Below the pieces are notes generated by a model. That model was not told the origin of the DNA. It saw only the letters and a list, made by a program, of their open reading frames with translations, and searched no databases. Below are positions 52,600 through 62,727 of a stretch of 64,000 nt of DNA, piece after piece. The translations under genes and the position numbers were made by a program. The stretch covers positions 1 through 64,000 of the forward strand of contig CAWIUY010000008.1 of the NCBI GenBank assembly GCA_963839375.1, in the 5' to 3' direction. This DNA comes from an uncultured Trueperaceae bacterium (GTDB lineage Bacteria; Deinococcota; Deinococci; Deinococcales; Trueperaceae). How positions within the stretch are numbered: position 1 is the first letter of the stretch; the number at the start of each line of letters is the position of its first letter.

Positions 52600-53541
52600 A
52601 TGGAACTCCCCATCGTCGACAGCCTCCACGGACGCGATCTCTTGTCGATCGCCGACCTCACGACCCCCGAGTTCCACGGCCTGCTGGACAGCGCCCTGTG
52701 GCTCAAGCGCGCATGGAAGGCCAAGGTCCGCCCGCGCCCCCTCGAACACAAGACGATCGCGATGATCTTCGAGAAGCAGTCGCTGCGCACGCGCTCGACC
52801 TTCGACATCGCCATGGTGCAGCTGGGTGGCCACTCGGTGCTCTTGTCGCAGAACTACATCGGCTGGGGGGTGCGCGAGACGATCAAGGACGTCGCGTACA
52901 ACCTCGAGCGGTGGGTGGACGGGATCATGGCGCGCACGTACGGCCACGGCACCCTCACCGAGCTGGCCCTCCACGCCGACGTTCCGGTCATCAACGGGCT
53001 GTCCGACCGGCTCCACCCCTGTCAGCTGCTGGCCGACTACCTCGCGCTGCAAGAGACCTTCGGTGAACTGGCGGGCCTCAAGGTCGCCTTCGTCGGCGAC
53101 GGGAACAACGTCTGTCATTCGCACGTGAACGCCGCCATCCACGCCGGCACCTCGCTCACGATCGCCTGCCCCGAGGGCTTCGATCCCGATCCCGACATCC
53201 TGTCGCACGCGCGCGAACGCGGCGCGGACGTGCGGATCGTGCGCGACCCACGCGAAGCGGCCGAGGGTGCCGACGCGCTCTACACCGACGTCTGGATCTC
53301 GATGGGCCAGGAAGAGGACACCGAACGGCGTCGCGAGGCCTTCGCCGGCTACACGATCGACTCGAGCTGGTTCGATGCGCTCTCGCCGCGCGGCGTGTTC
53401 ATGCACGACCTGCCCGCCCACTACGGCGAGGAGTGCACCGAAGAGGCCGTCTACCACCCGCGTTCGATCGTCTTCGACCAGGCCGAGAACCGCCTGCACG
53501 CCCAGAAGGGCGTGCTGTTCCAGCTCCTGCGGGACGCCTGA
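52600..53541 (+). CDS. argF: ornithine carbamoyltransferase
   Basis: STRTR carbamoyl-phosphate motif (QSLRTRSTF), HPCQ, DVWISMG... Confidence 0.9.
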   Translation: MELPIVDSLHGRDLLSIADLTTPEFHGLLDSALWLKRAWKAKVRPRPLEHKTIAMIFEKQSLRTRSTFDIAMVQLGGHSVLLSQNYIGWGVRETIKDVAYNLERWVDGIMARTYGHGTLTELALHADVPVINGLSDRLHPCQLLADYLALQETFGELAGLKVAFVGDGNNVCHSHVNAAIHAGTSLTIACPEGFDPDPDILSHARERGADVRIVRDPREAAEGADALYTDVWISMGQEEDTERRREAFAGYTIDSSWFDALSPRGVFMHDLPAHYGEECTEEAVYHPRSIVFDQAENRLHAQKGVLFQLLRDA

Positions 53542-53542
53542 G

Positions 53543-54604
53543 ATGACGCTGTCGGTGGGGGTCCTGGGGGCCACCGGCTACGGCGGCGCGGGCCTGATCG
53601 AACGGCTGCGGCGTCACCCCGAGGTCCGTCTCGCCGCCCTCGCGTCACGTCAGTACCTGGGCCAGACGGTCGACGAGGCCTGGCCCCACCTGGCGGGCCT
53701 GGTCGACCTCCGCTTCGTCGACAGCGACGAGGTCATCGACGTCTGCGACGTCGTCTTCTGCGCCACCCCGCACGCGGCCACGGCGCCGCTCGTGGACGCC
53801 GCCCGTCGCGCCGGCAAGAGCGTCGTCGACCTCTCGGCCGACTTCCGACTCGACGCCGACACCTACCGCACCTGGTACGGCCCGCACCCGTGCCCGGAGC
53901 GGATCCCGGAAGCCGTGTACGGCTTGCCCGAGCTGCACCGCGACGAGCTCGTGGGCGCCGCCATCGTCGCCAGCCCGGGCTGCAACGCCACGGCGGCCAC
54001 GCTGGCGTTGGCGCCGCTGGCGGCGGCCGGACTGCTCGGCGCCCACCCGGTCGCCACCATCGTGACCGGCACGTCGGGCGCCGGGCGCGGCCTCGACCTC
54101 GGCCTGCACTACGCGGAGGCCGACGAGAACGCCCGGGCTTACAAGGTCGCCGGCACCCACCGTCACACCGGCGAGATCGAAGCGAACCTGGGCCGAACGG
54201 CCGCCCAAGGCAAGCGGGCGCGCACCCACGGGCCCCGCGAACCGCTGACGTTGGCGTTCAACCCGGTGCTGGTGCCGATGGCGCGCGGCATCCTGGCCAC
54301 CACCGTCACCCACCCCGAGAACGACGCCAAGACCGACGCCGAACTGCTCGACATGTACCGGACGTTCTACGCCGACGACCCGCTGGTCCACGTGCAAGCG
54401 GCGTTGCCGCAGACGAAGGCCGTGTCGGGGTCCGACCGCGCGCTCGTCAGCGTGCGCGCCGACGCACGGAGCGGCGCCATCGTGGCCTTCGCGGCGATCG
54501 ACAACCTGGGCAAGGGAGCGGCAGGCCAAGCGGTCCAAGGGTTCAACGTCGCGCGCGGCTTCGAGGAGACCCTCGGCCTGCGCCTGGAAGGTCAATGGCC
54601 ATGA
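53543..54604 (+). CDS. argC: N-acetyl-gamma-glutamyl-phosphate reductase
   Basis: VGVLGATGYGGAGLIERL NAD(P) motif, catalytic PGCNATA cysteine motif. Confidence 0.9.
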   Translation: MTLSVGVLGATGYGGAGLIERLRRHPEVRLAALASRQYLGQTVDEAWPHLAGLVDLRFVDSDEVIDVCDVVFCATPHAATAPLVDAARRAGKSVVDLSADFRLDADTYRTWYGPHPCPERIPEAVYGLPELHRDELVGAAIVASPGCNATAATLALAPLAAAGLLGAHPVATIVTGTSGAGRGLDLGLHYAEADENARAYKVAGTHRHTGEIEANLGRTAAQGKRARTHGPREPLTLAFNPVLVPMARGILATTVTHPENDAKTDAELLDMYRTFYADDPLVHVQAALPQTKAVSGSDRALVSVRADARSGAIVAFAAIDNLGKGAAGQAVQGFNVARGFEETLGLRLEGQWP

Positions 54605-55752
54605 AACTCCCCACAGGCTTCCGTGCGGCCGGCCTCAGCGTCGGTCTCAAACGGTCGGGTCGTGCCGACCTCGCCCTCCTCGTCGGTGACGCGCCGCTCG
54701 TCTGGGCGCTGACCTCCACCGAGAACCTCGTGCGCGCGCCGTGCGTCGTCCGCAACCGCGCCCGCGCCGCGGCCGAAGGGCCCGTGCGCGCCCTCGTGGT
54801 CAACTCCGGCAACGCCAACTGCGCGACCGGCGACGCCGGCGTCTGGGACAACGAGGACATGGCGGCGGCCGCCGCCGCCGCGCTCGGCGGGCAGACGCGA
54901 CCTCAGGACGTCCTCACCGGTTCCACCGGGGTGATCGGCCGGCGCTTGCCGCTGGACGGCATCCGAGCCGGTCTCCCCCGTGTCGTCGACGCGCTCGGCA
55001 GCGACGTCGAGGGCTTCGCCGACGCCATCCTCACGACCGACCTGGTCCCCAAGACGACCGAGGTGCGCCTCGCCAGCGGCGCACGGGTGGTGGGGGTCGC
55101 CAAGGGCTCGGGCATGATCCACCCGAACATGGCGACGATGTTCGCCTTCGTCCTGACCGACGCGATCGCCGAGCCCGGCTGGCTGCGTCCGACCTGGTCG
55201 CGGATCGTCAGGCGCACCTTCAACCAGCTCACCGTCGACGGCGACACCTCGACCAACGACATGGCGATGGTGTTCGCCAGCGGGCGCATGCACGCCGACC
55301 TCGACGAGCTCGAGCAGGCGCTCACGCAGGTGGCCGCCGAGCTGGCGCGCGCGATCGCGCGCGACGGCGAGGGCGCCACCACGCTCCTGACCGTGAAGGT
55401 GCGAGGCGGTCGCTCTGAGGCCGAGGCGATGCGGGCCGCCCGCGGCGTGGCCGCCTCGAGCCTGGTCAAGGCGGCCGTCCACGGGCGCGACCCGAACTGG
55501 GGACGGGTGCTCTCGGCGGTCGGCCAATCGGGCGCCATCGCCGACATGGGCGCCGTGACCGTGGCGTTGCAGGGCACCGCCGTCTACCAGGGCCAACCGC
55601 TCGATTTCGACGCCACCGGCTTGTCGCAGGCCATGCGCTCCCCCGACGTCCTCATCGAGGTCGACCTCGCCGCCGGCGAAGCCGAGGGCGAGGCCTGGGG
55701 CTGCGACCTCACGGCCGACTACGTCAAGATCAACGCGCTGTATACGACCTGA
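54595..55752 (+). CDS. argJ: bifunctional glutamate N-acetyltransferase / amino-acid acetyltransferase
   Basis: ...VVNSGNANCATG..., self-cleavage region ATMFAFVLTDA (Thr nucleophile), C-terminal ...DYVKINALYTT. Confidence 0.9.
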   Translation: MAMKLPTGFRAAGLSVGLKRSGRADLALLVGDAPLVWALTSTENLVRAPCVVRNRARAAAEGPVRALVVNSGNANCATGDAGVWDNEDMAAAAAAALGGQTRPQDVLTGSTGVIGRRLPLDGIRAGLPRVVDALGSDVEGFADAILTTDLVPKTTEVRLASGARVVGVAKGSGMIHPNMATMFAFVLTDAIAEPGWLRPTWSRIVRRTFNQLTVDGDTSTNDMAMVFASGRMHADLDELEQALTQVAAELARAIARDGEGATTLLTVKVRGGRSEAEAMRAARGVAASSLVKAAVHGRDPNWGRVLSAVGQSGAIADMGAVTVALQGTAVYQGQPLDFDATGLSQAMRSPDVLIEVDLAAGEAEGEAWGCDLTADYVKINALYTT

Positions 55753-55763
55753 AGGCCGGCGGG

Positions 55764-55960
55764 GTCAGCGCTTCCGATTCGACGTATGGATCGCGGGCGA
55801 TCCCGGCACGGCTCAACGATGAAGTCACGTCAGCGCTTGCGATTCGACGTATGGATCGCGGGCGATCCCGGCACGGCTTCACCAGTCGAAGTCACGTCAG
55901 CGCTTCCGATTCGACGTATGGATCGCACGGCCGTGCGCCTGCTCGGCGGCTTCCATCATG
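55764..55960. repeat. tandem ~65-67-bp repeat (2 full copies plus a third copy that forms the 3' end of lpd)
   Basis: GTCAGCGCTT(C/G)CGATTCGACGTATGGATCGC... starts at 55764, 55829 and 55896; the first 30 nt of each unit are the lpd stop codon plus its last 9 codons. Confidence 0.8.
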
Positions 55961-57285
55961 GCTTCGGACAGGGTCGGGTGCGCATGTTGGGTGGCGGCGA
56001 TGTCTTCGAGCGTCGCTCCCATCTCCATCGCGAGCGTCGCCTCGGCGATGAGGTCGCCGGCGTACGGGGCGACCGCGTGGACACCGAGGACCAGGTCCGT
56101 GGCCGCGTCGGCGATCACCTTCACCAGACCGTCGGTCGCCTGGGTGGCGATCGCGCGGCCCGCAGCCCCCAAGGGGAAGGTCCCGACGCGAACCTCGAAA
56201 CCGGCGTCGGTGGCCTCGGCCTCGGTCATGCCGACGCTGGCCAGCTCGGGGTTGGTGTAGATCACCGCCGGGATGAGGGTGTCGAACGCGGCCGGCTTGC
56301 CCGCCGCGTGCTCGGCGGCCACCAGGCCCTCCTTCATGGCCTTGTGGGCCAGGAGCGGACCGCGAGCCACGTCGCCGATGGCGTAGATGTGGTCCACGTT
56401 CGTCTGCATCGTGTCGCTCGTCGGCACGTAGCCTCGCTCGTCGACGGTCACGCCGATCGCCTCGAGGCCCAGCCCCTTGCCGTTGGGCGTGCGACCGACG
56501 GCGATGAGCAGCTTGTCGACGACGATCGTCTCGCGCGCGCCGTCCTTGCCCTCGATCTCGACCTCGGTGCCGGCCTTCGTCTTCTTCTGCGAGAGCGCCT
56601 TCATGCCGGTCTTGAGCTGGAGGCCGCGCTTGGCGAGCGCCTTGTGGAGGACCTTCGACGCGTCGGCGTCGGCGGTCGGGGCGATCCGGTCGAGCAGTTC
56701 GACGACCGTCACCTCGCTGCCGAGCGCGGCGTAGATCTGCGCGAACTCGAGCCCGATGGCCGAGCCGCCGAGCGCCATGAAGCGCTTGGGCACCTCGGCG
56801 ACGAGCAGCGCACCGGTCGAGTCGACCACGCGATCGCCATCGACCTCGAAACCGGGAAGGCTGATGGGCCGCGAGCCGGTCGCGACGATGAACTTCTCGG
56901 CCGTGACCTTCCGGTCGCCGACCGTGATCGCGTGCGGTTCGACGAAGGCGGCCTCGCCCTCGAGGACGTCGACCTTGTGGCCCTTCAGGAGCTGTCGCAC
57001 GCCGCCGGTGAGCTTCTTGACGACGCCCGTCTTCCACGCTTCGAGCTTCTTCAGGTCGACGTTGGGCGCGTCGTACTCGACGCCGAACTCGGCGGCCTGC
57101 TCGCTCGACTCGAGCGTGTGGGCGACGTGGAGCAGCGCCTTGGTGGGGATGCAGCCGATGTTGAGGCAGACGCCGCCGACGTCGCCCTTCTCGACACAGG
57201 CCACCTTGAGGCCGACCTGGGCCGCGCGGATGGCGGCGTGGTAGCCGCCGGGGCCGGAGCCGATGACGATCACGTCGTAGTCCAT
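55897..57285 (-). CDS. lpd: dihydrolipoyl dehydrogenase
   Basis: MDYDVIVIGSGPGGY FAD motif, redox-active GGVCLNIGCIPTK, NAD GxGxxG, C-terminal HAHPTLSE dimer motif. Confidence 0.9.
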   Translation of the reverse strand: MDYDVIVIGSGPGGYHAAIRAAQVGLKVACVEKGDVGGVCLNIGCIPTKALLHVAHTLESSEQAAEFGVEYDAPNVDLKKLEAWKTGVVKKLTGGVRQLLKGHKVDVLEGEAAFVEPHAITVGDRKVTAEKFIVATGSRPISLPGFEVDGDRVVDSTGALLVAEVPKRFMALGGSAIGLEFAQIYAALGSEVTVVELLDRIAPTADADASKVLHKALAKRGLQLKTGMKALSQKKTKAGTEVEIEGKDGARETIVVDKLLIAVGRTPNGKGLGLEAIGVTVDERGYVPTSDTMQTNVDHIYAIGDVARGPLLAHKAMKEGLVAAEHAAGKPAAFDTLIPAVIYTNPELASVGMTEAEATDAGFEVRVGTFPLGAAGRAIATQATDGLVKVIADAATDLVLGVHAVAPYAGDLIAEATLAMEMGATLEDIAATQHAHPTLSEAMMEAAEQAHGRAIHTSNRKR

Positions 57286-57445
57286 GGTGCCTCCTCGCCG
57301 GGGGAAGGGGTGCGCTCGCGGTCGCCCGGCACGTCGGAACGCCGGCGAACCGACTCGAGGGCGGTCACCGGCACGTATGGCGCCATCCTACCGCCCCGTT
57401 CACGCGCACCCCGGTGGACGGCCACGTGCGCCCGATGGCCGTACG

Positions 57446-57817
57446 ATGACGGCGATGCCGCCCTCGATCGCCCCCGTGCCCCATCGCTCGCTGACGAGCG
57501 ACGACGTCCCGTCGCCGCGCGCCGACTTCGACGACATCGTCACCTTCGCCTACACCTTCGACGGCTACGAGCGTTTCGGGGTGGAGGCCTGCGGCGAGCT
57601 GGCCAACGCGACGCTCACGCGCTTCCTGGCCGACCGCACGTTGCCCGCCGACCTCGACGAACTGCGCGGCTGCCTGTTCTTCGAGGCGCGCCGCTGGATC
57701 GTCCTGGAGCGCGAGCCCGACACCCGCGCACGGCTGTACGTCGGCGCCCTGCTCGACCGCCTGGCCGAGCGGCTGGACGTGGCCCACGAAGGGGCCACGC
57801 CGCTGCCGATGGCCTGA
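57446..57817 (+). CDS. hypothetical protein
   Basis: ORF between lpd and leuS with coding-like composition (…DIVTFAYTFDGYERFGVEACGELANATLTRFLADR…); no recognisable domain; start uncertain. Confidence 0.4.
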   Translation: MTAMPPSIAPVPHRSLTSDDVPSPRADFDDIVTFAYTFDGYERFGVEACGELANATLTRFLADRTLPADLDELRGCLFFEARRWIVLEREPDTRARLYVGALLDRLAERLDVAHEGATPLPMA

Positions 57818-57848
57818 GGACGCGGTCGGGCGGTAGACTGCCCGGGTC

Positions 57849-60365
57849 ATGGAACCGACCACCACCGCGCCCCAGCCCGACGAGCGCTTCGAGCGATACG
57901 ACCCGAAGGCGATCGAGCCTCGCTGGCGGCAAGCGTGGCGCGACGAGGGGATCGACCGCGTCGACCTGAACGACGCTTCGCGGCCGAAGTTCTACTTCCT
58001 CACCATGTACCCCTACCCGTCCGGCGACCTGCACGTCGGGCACTGGTACGCCGAGGCGCCCGCCGACGCGGCCGCGCGCTACCGCCGCATGCGCGGCTAC
58101 AACGTGCTGTTCCCGATGGGGTTCGACGCCTTCGGCCTGCCGGCCGAGAACGCCGCCGTGCGCGCCGCCCGCGAGGGCCAGAAGGTCCACCCGGCCACCC
58201 TCACCTACGAACGCATCGCGCGCATGGAGCGCCAGTTCGAGCAGATGGGGGCGATGTTCGACTGGTCCAAGAAGGTCGTCACCTGCGACCCCTCGTACTA
58301 CCGCTGGAACCAGTGGATCTTCCTGAAGATGCTCGAGCGCGGGCTCGCCTACCGCAAGGAGAGCTACGTCAACTGGGACCCCGTCGACCAGACGGTGCTC
58401 GCCAACGAACAGGTCATCGACGGCCGCGGCGACCGTTCCGGGGCCTTGGTCGAGCGCCGACTGATGGCGCAATGGCACTTCAAGATCACCGATTACGCCG
58501 ACGAACTGCTCGACTTCTCGGGTCTGGATTGGCCCGACAAGGTCAAGCGCATGCAAACGAACTGGATCGGCCGCTCCGAGGGCGCCGAGGTGTCGTTCGC
58601 CACCGACGCCGGGCCCATCGACGTGTTCACCACCCGACCCGACACGCTGTGGGGGGCCACCTTCATGGTGCTGGCGCCCGAGCACCCGCTCGTGGAGAAG
58701 CTGACGACGGACGCCCAACGCGCCGAGGTCGAGGCGTACGGGGTGCTGGCGTCGCGCATGAGCGAGATCGATCGCCAGGCCGAGGGCAAGCCCAAGACGG
58801 GCGTGTTCACCGGCGCGTACGCCCTCAACCCCGTCACCGGCGAGCACGTGCCGGTCTGGATCGCCGACTACGTGCTCACCACGTACGGCACGGGTGCGGT
58901 CATGGCCGTGCCCGCCCACGACCAGCGCGACTTCGAGTTCGCGCGCACCTTCGGGCTCGAGATCCGACCCGTGGTCCAGCCCGAGGGCGAAGCGCCGCTC
59001 GACGGTGCGACGATGACCGAGGCGTACGCCGGCGACGGCGTGCTGGTGCGTTCGGAACCCTTCGACGGTCTGCACGTAGGCAAGGAGGCCGGCCTCGAGG
59101 GGATCGCGAAGGTCGTGGCCTGGCTCGACGAGCGCGGCCTGGGCCGCCGCCAGATCACCTACCGCCTGCGCGACTGGCTCATCAGCCGCCAGCGCTACTG
59201 GGGCACCCCCTTCCCCATCGTCTACTGCGACGACTGCGGCATCGTGCCCGAGGACGAGGCGAACCTGCCCGTCGTGCTGCCCACCGACGTCGACTTCCTG
59301 CCCACGGGTCAATCGCCGCTCAAGACGCACGAAAGCTTCCAGACCACCACGTGCCCCCGCTGCGGCGGTCCGGCGCGACGCGAGACCGACACCATGGACA
59401 CCTTCATGGATTCGTCGTGGTACTGGTTCCGCTACCTGAGCCCCGACCTCGCCGACGCGCCCGTCGACCGTGACCTGGTCGCCAAGTGGACGCCCGTCGA
59501 CCTCTACACCGGCGGCGTCGAGCACGCCATCTTGCACCTGCTGTACGCGCGCTTCTTCACCAAGGTGCTGCGCGACCTGGGCCTCGTGGACCACGGCGAA
59601 CCGTTCCAGCGTCTACGCAACCAGGGCATGATCCTGGGCGAGGACGGCGAGAAGATGTCGAAGTCGCGCGGCAACGTGGTCAACCCCGATCACCTGGTGG
59701 ACGCGTACGGGGCCGACGCGGTGCGCACGTACCTCATGTTCATCGGGCCGTGGGACCAGGGCGGGCCGTGGAACTACCAGGGCATCGAGGGCGTCAACCG
59801 CTTCTTGCAGCGCGCCTGGACGGCCGTGCTCGAGCCGGCGTCGACCTCGGACGAGGCCGACCCGGCGGTGCTCCGAGACCTCCGTCGGGCGGTGCACCAC
59901 GCCATCCGTGAGGTCACCGACGACCTCGAGGACTTCCGCTTCAACACCGCCGTCGCGGAGCTGATGACGCTCCAGAACGCGATGAGCAAGGCGAAGACCG
60001 CAGGCGCGGCCGGTTCGGCGGGCTGGACCGAGGCCTGTCGCACCTTCGCGTTGCTGCTGGCGCCGATCGCCCCCCACCTGGCCGAGGAGCTGTGGCACCG
60101 GCTGGGCGCGACCGCGTCGGTGCACCTCGAACGGTGGCCCGAGGCCGATCCGAGCGCGCTCGAGGTCGACGAGCTGACGATCGCGGTGCAGGTGGGCGGC
60201 AAGCTGCGCGGCGAGGTGACGGTGCCAGCCGAAGCCGACGCCGCCGCCATCCTCGCCGCGGCGAAGAGCGTGCCCAACGTCGCGCGCTACCTCGAAGGCA
60301 TGACGATCGTGCGCGAGGTCGTGGTCCCCGGCAAGCTGGTCAACCTGGTCGTCCGGCCGGCCTGA
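57849..60365 (+). CDS. leuS: leucine--tRNA ligase
   Basis: HVGH (HIGH) motif, KMSKS (GEKMSKSRGN), editing domain, ~838 aa. Confidence 0.9.
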   Translation: MEPTTTAPQPDERFERYDPKAIEPRWRQAWRDEGIDRVDLNDASRPKFYFLTMYPYPSGDLHVGHWYAEAPADAAARYRRMRGYNVLFPMGFDAFGLPAENAAVRAAREGQKVHPATLTYERIARMERQFEQMGAMFDWSKKVVTCDPSYYRWNQWIFLKMLERGLAYRKESYVNWDPVDQTVLANEQVIDGRGDRSGALVERRLMAQWHFKITDYADELLDFSGLDWPDKVKRMQTNWIGRSEGAEVSFATDAGPIDVFTTRPDTLWGATFMVLAPEHPLVEKLTTDAQRAEVEAYGVLASRMSEIDRQAEGKPKTGVFTGAYALNPVTGEHVPVWIADYVLTTYGTGAVMAVPAHDQRDFEFARTFGLEIRPVVQPEGEAPLDGATMTEAYAGDGVLVRSEPFDGLHVGKEAGLEGIAKVVAWLDERGLGRRQITYRLRDWLISRQRYWGTPFPIVYCDDCGIVPEDEANLPVVLPTDVDFLPTGQSPLKTHESFQTTTCPRCGGPARRETDTMDTFMDSSWYWFRYLSPDLADAPVDRDLVAKWTPVDLYTGGVEHAILHLLYARFFTKVLRDLGLVDHGEPFQRLRNQGMILGEDGEKMSKSRGNVVNPDHLVDAYGADAVRTYLMFIGPWDQGGPWNYQGIEGVNRFLQRAWTAVLEPASTSDEADPAVLRDLRRAVHHAIREVTDDLEDFRFNTAVAELMTLQNAMSKAKTAGAAGSAGWTEACRTFALLLAPIAPHLAEELWHRLGATASVHLERWPEADPSALEVDELTIAVQVGGKLRGEVTVPAEADAAAILAAAKSVPNVARYLEGMTIVREVVVPGKLVNLVVRPA

Positions 60366-60378
60366 CGCGACCGATCGC

Positions 60379-61161
60379 TCACGGTGGCGCGATGACCACG
60401 ACGTCGAGCGTCGTGGCCAGGTCGACGGCGGGCGCCACCAGGAAACTACGGCGCAGCTCGTTCGGGTCCTGCGGCAGCACCTCGACGACCACGCCCACGC
60501 GCAGTCCGCGCGGGAACAGACCTCCCACCGCGCTCGTCTCCACCACGTCGCCCACCTCGACCGGGTCTTCGGCGACGAACCGGTCGACGCGCACCCGGCC
60601 GTCGAGGTCGCCCACCGCCACGCCCTGACCGCCACGTTCCCGCACGGTCACCCCGACCCGCGAGCGGGGGTCGAGCAGCGTGCGGACGACGGCGCTGCGC
60701 ACCGTGACGTCGGTGACGAGGCCGACCAGGCCATCGGCGGTCGTGACGGGCATGGTGGCCATGAGCCCGACCCCGCTGCCGGCACCCAACGTGAGGGTGT
60801 CGCTCACCCCCGTGGAGCTGCGCCCGATCACCGGCACGCTCGCCACGGCGGCCGGCGACTGATCGCGCCGGGCGGCCAGCAAGCGTTCGAGCGAGGCGGC
60901 TTGCAGCTCGAGCCGGCGGTTCGCCTCCTCGAGCGTCACGACCCGCTGCTCGAGGGTCTCCACCCGCGACCGGTAGTCGTACCGCTCGAGCATGGCGGCG
61001 ACGCTCTCGCGCAGGTGCACGCCGGCTCGGTACAGCGCCACGTGCGGCAACTCGATGGCGGCCGACAAGGACGAGGGCACACGGCCGACGAAGGCGGTGA
61101 GGGCGAACGTCAGGAGCGCCAGGCCGACGAAGACGTACCAGGCGCGGACGAAGCTAGGCAA
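60379..61161 (-). CDS. mreC: rod shape-determining protein MreC
   Basis: N-terminal TM, coiled coil (…VETLEQRVVTLEEANRRLELQAASLERLL…), C-terminal beta domain with ...GDVVETSAVGGLFPRGLRVGVV... Confidence 0.7.
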   Translation of the reverse strand: MPSFVRAWYVFVGLALLTFALTAFVGRVPSSLSAAIELPHVALYRAGVHLRESVAAMLERYDYRSRVETLEQRVVTLEEANRRLELQAASLERLLAARRDQSPAAVASVPVIGRSSTGVSDTLTLGAGSGVGLMATMPVTTADGLVGLVTDVTVRSAVVRTLLDPRSRVGVTVRERGGQGVAVGDLDGRVRVDRFVAEDPVEVGDVVETSAVGGLFPRGLRVGVVVEVLPQDPNELRRSFLVAPAVDLATTLDVVVIAPP

Positions 61162-61741
61162 GCCGCACCCCCAACGACCGGGCCGCCGTCACGACGAGCG
61201 GCAAGGAGAGACCGACCACGGTGCCGTAACACCCCTCGATCCGGTCCACGAGCGCCGCACCCCGGCCTTGGATCGCGTATCCGCCGGCCTTGTCGAGCCC
61301 CTCGCCGGTGGCGGCGTACGCCACGACCTCGTCCTCGTCCAGCGCGCGGAACCGCACCAGCGTCGACCGCAGCTCGACGACGCTCCGCTCGCCGCGACGC
61401 ACGGCGTGACCGGTGTGCACGGTGTGCGTCCGCCCCGCCAGCCGACGCACGTAGACGGCGGCCTCGGCTTCGTCGCGTGGCTTGCCGAGCATCTCGCCGT
61501 CGATCACCACGGTGGTGTCGGCCGCGATGATGAGCGGCGCATCGGACGACGCTCCCCAGCGCTGGGCGACCGCATCGGCCTTCGTGCGGGCGAGGCGCAA
61601 CACCATCTCGTCCGGGGCCTCGTCGGCTCGCGGCGCTTCGTCCACGTCGGGCACCACCACCTCGAACGTGACGCCCAGACCCGCCAACAGGTCGCGACGG
61701 CGGGGGGATCCGGAGGCGAGGACGACGGCGGGAGCAGGCAC
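61154..61741 (-). CDS. maf: Maf-like nucleoside triphosphate pyrophosphatase (septum formation protein Maf)
   Basis: VVLASGSPRRRDLL...IIAADTTVV...DKAGGYAIQG motifs. Confidence 0.85.
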   Translation of the reverse strand: MPAPAVVLASGSPRRRDLLAGLGVTFEVVVPDVDEAPRADEAPDEMVLRLARTKADAVAQRWGASSDAPLIIAADTTVVIDGEMLGKPRDEAEAAVYVRRLAGRTHTVHTGHAVRRGERSVVELRSTLVRFRALDEDEVVAYAATGEGLDKAGGYAIQGRGAALVDRIEGCYGTVVGLSLPLVVTAARSLGVRLA

Positions 61742-61977
61742 GGCGTCAGTCTACCCAGGCGTCGTCGCTCAGCCGCCCTCGGGTCGACGCCGGGTGCCGG
61801 GGTCACCGCGGGGCAGGTGGGCCGGGGAGCGGCGCGCCGGTCGTCCACCCGGCGAACGGGTAGATTGGGCGCGGAACGGCCGTGGTGGCCCTCGACGCCG
61901 CGCGCGTGCGCCCGCCCTCGACGGAGGGCGCGCCCGGGCGCCGGACACCGGGCCGGAGACCGGCCCGAGGGGATCGG

Positions 61978-62727
61978 ATGAACGACATCGAACGCTCGAA
62001 GGCGCGCGCTGCGCACGCGGCGTTGGCCGAGGTCCGGTCCGGCATGCTCGTCGGACTCGGGTCGGGCAGCACCGCGTACCACATGATCGTCGCGTTGGGC
62101 CGGCGCCTGGCGAGCGGCGAACTGCACGACGTGCGCGGCGTCCCCACCTCGTTGGCCACGGAGCGGCTGGCGCTCGAGGCCGGCGTGCCGATCGTCGAAC
62201 TGCCCGCCAGCGGGCTCGACGTCGCCATCGACGGCATGGACGAGGTGACCCCGTCGCTCGATGCCATCAAGGGTTTGGGCGGCGCCTTGACACGCGAGAA
62301 GATCGTCGCCGAGAGCGCGAGGCGCTTCTTGCTCATCGGCGATGGCAGCAAACGCGTGACCGCGCTCGGACAGCTCGCCCCCGTCCCCGTCGAGGCGCTC
62401 GCCTTCGGCTGGCGTCGGACCGCCGAACGCCTGCGGGACCTGGGCGGCGAACCCACGGTGCGGCAGGTGCAGGGCGAGGTGGCGAGGACCGACAACGGTC
62501 ACCTGGTGATCGACTGCCGGATGCCGGCGGGCTTCGACGCGCGTCGCTTCGCGTGCGAGGTCGAGGCGATCCCCGGCGTCGTCGGCCACGGTCTGTTCCT
62601 GGGCCTGGCGGAACGCGCCTTCCTGGCCGACGGCGAGGACGTCGCCGAGCTCGTGCGCCCCGCCGACGAGAAGGCGGCGGAAGGGGCGACCGCCACCGGC
62701 CCCGTACCGTCCTCCGGCCGTTCGTGA
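61978..62727 (+). CDS. rpiA: ribose-5-phosphate isomerase A
   Basis: GLGSGST...DGMDEV...KGLGGALTREK...GDGS motifs; ATG 61978 within longer ORF. Confidence 0.85.
   Translation: MNDIERSKARAAHAALAEVRSGMLVGLGSGSTAYHMIVALGRRLASGELHDVRGVPTSLATERLALEAGVPIVELPASGLDVAIDGMDEVTPSLDAIKGLGGALTREKIVAESARRFLLIGDGSKRVTALGQLAPVPVEALAFGWRRTAERLRDLGGEPTVRQVQGEVARTDNGHLVIDCRMPAGFDARRFACEVEAIPGVVGHGLFLGLAERAFLADGEDVAELVRPADEKAAEGATATGPVPSSGRS

Noticed and set aside
57818-57848. T-box leader upstream of leuS
   Set aside because: Only 31 bp of intergenic space, far too short for a T-box riboswitch.
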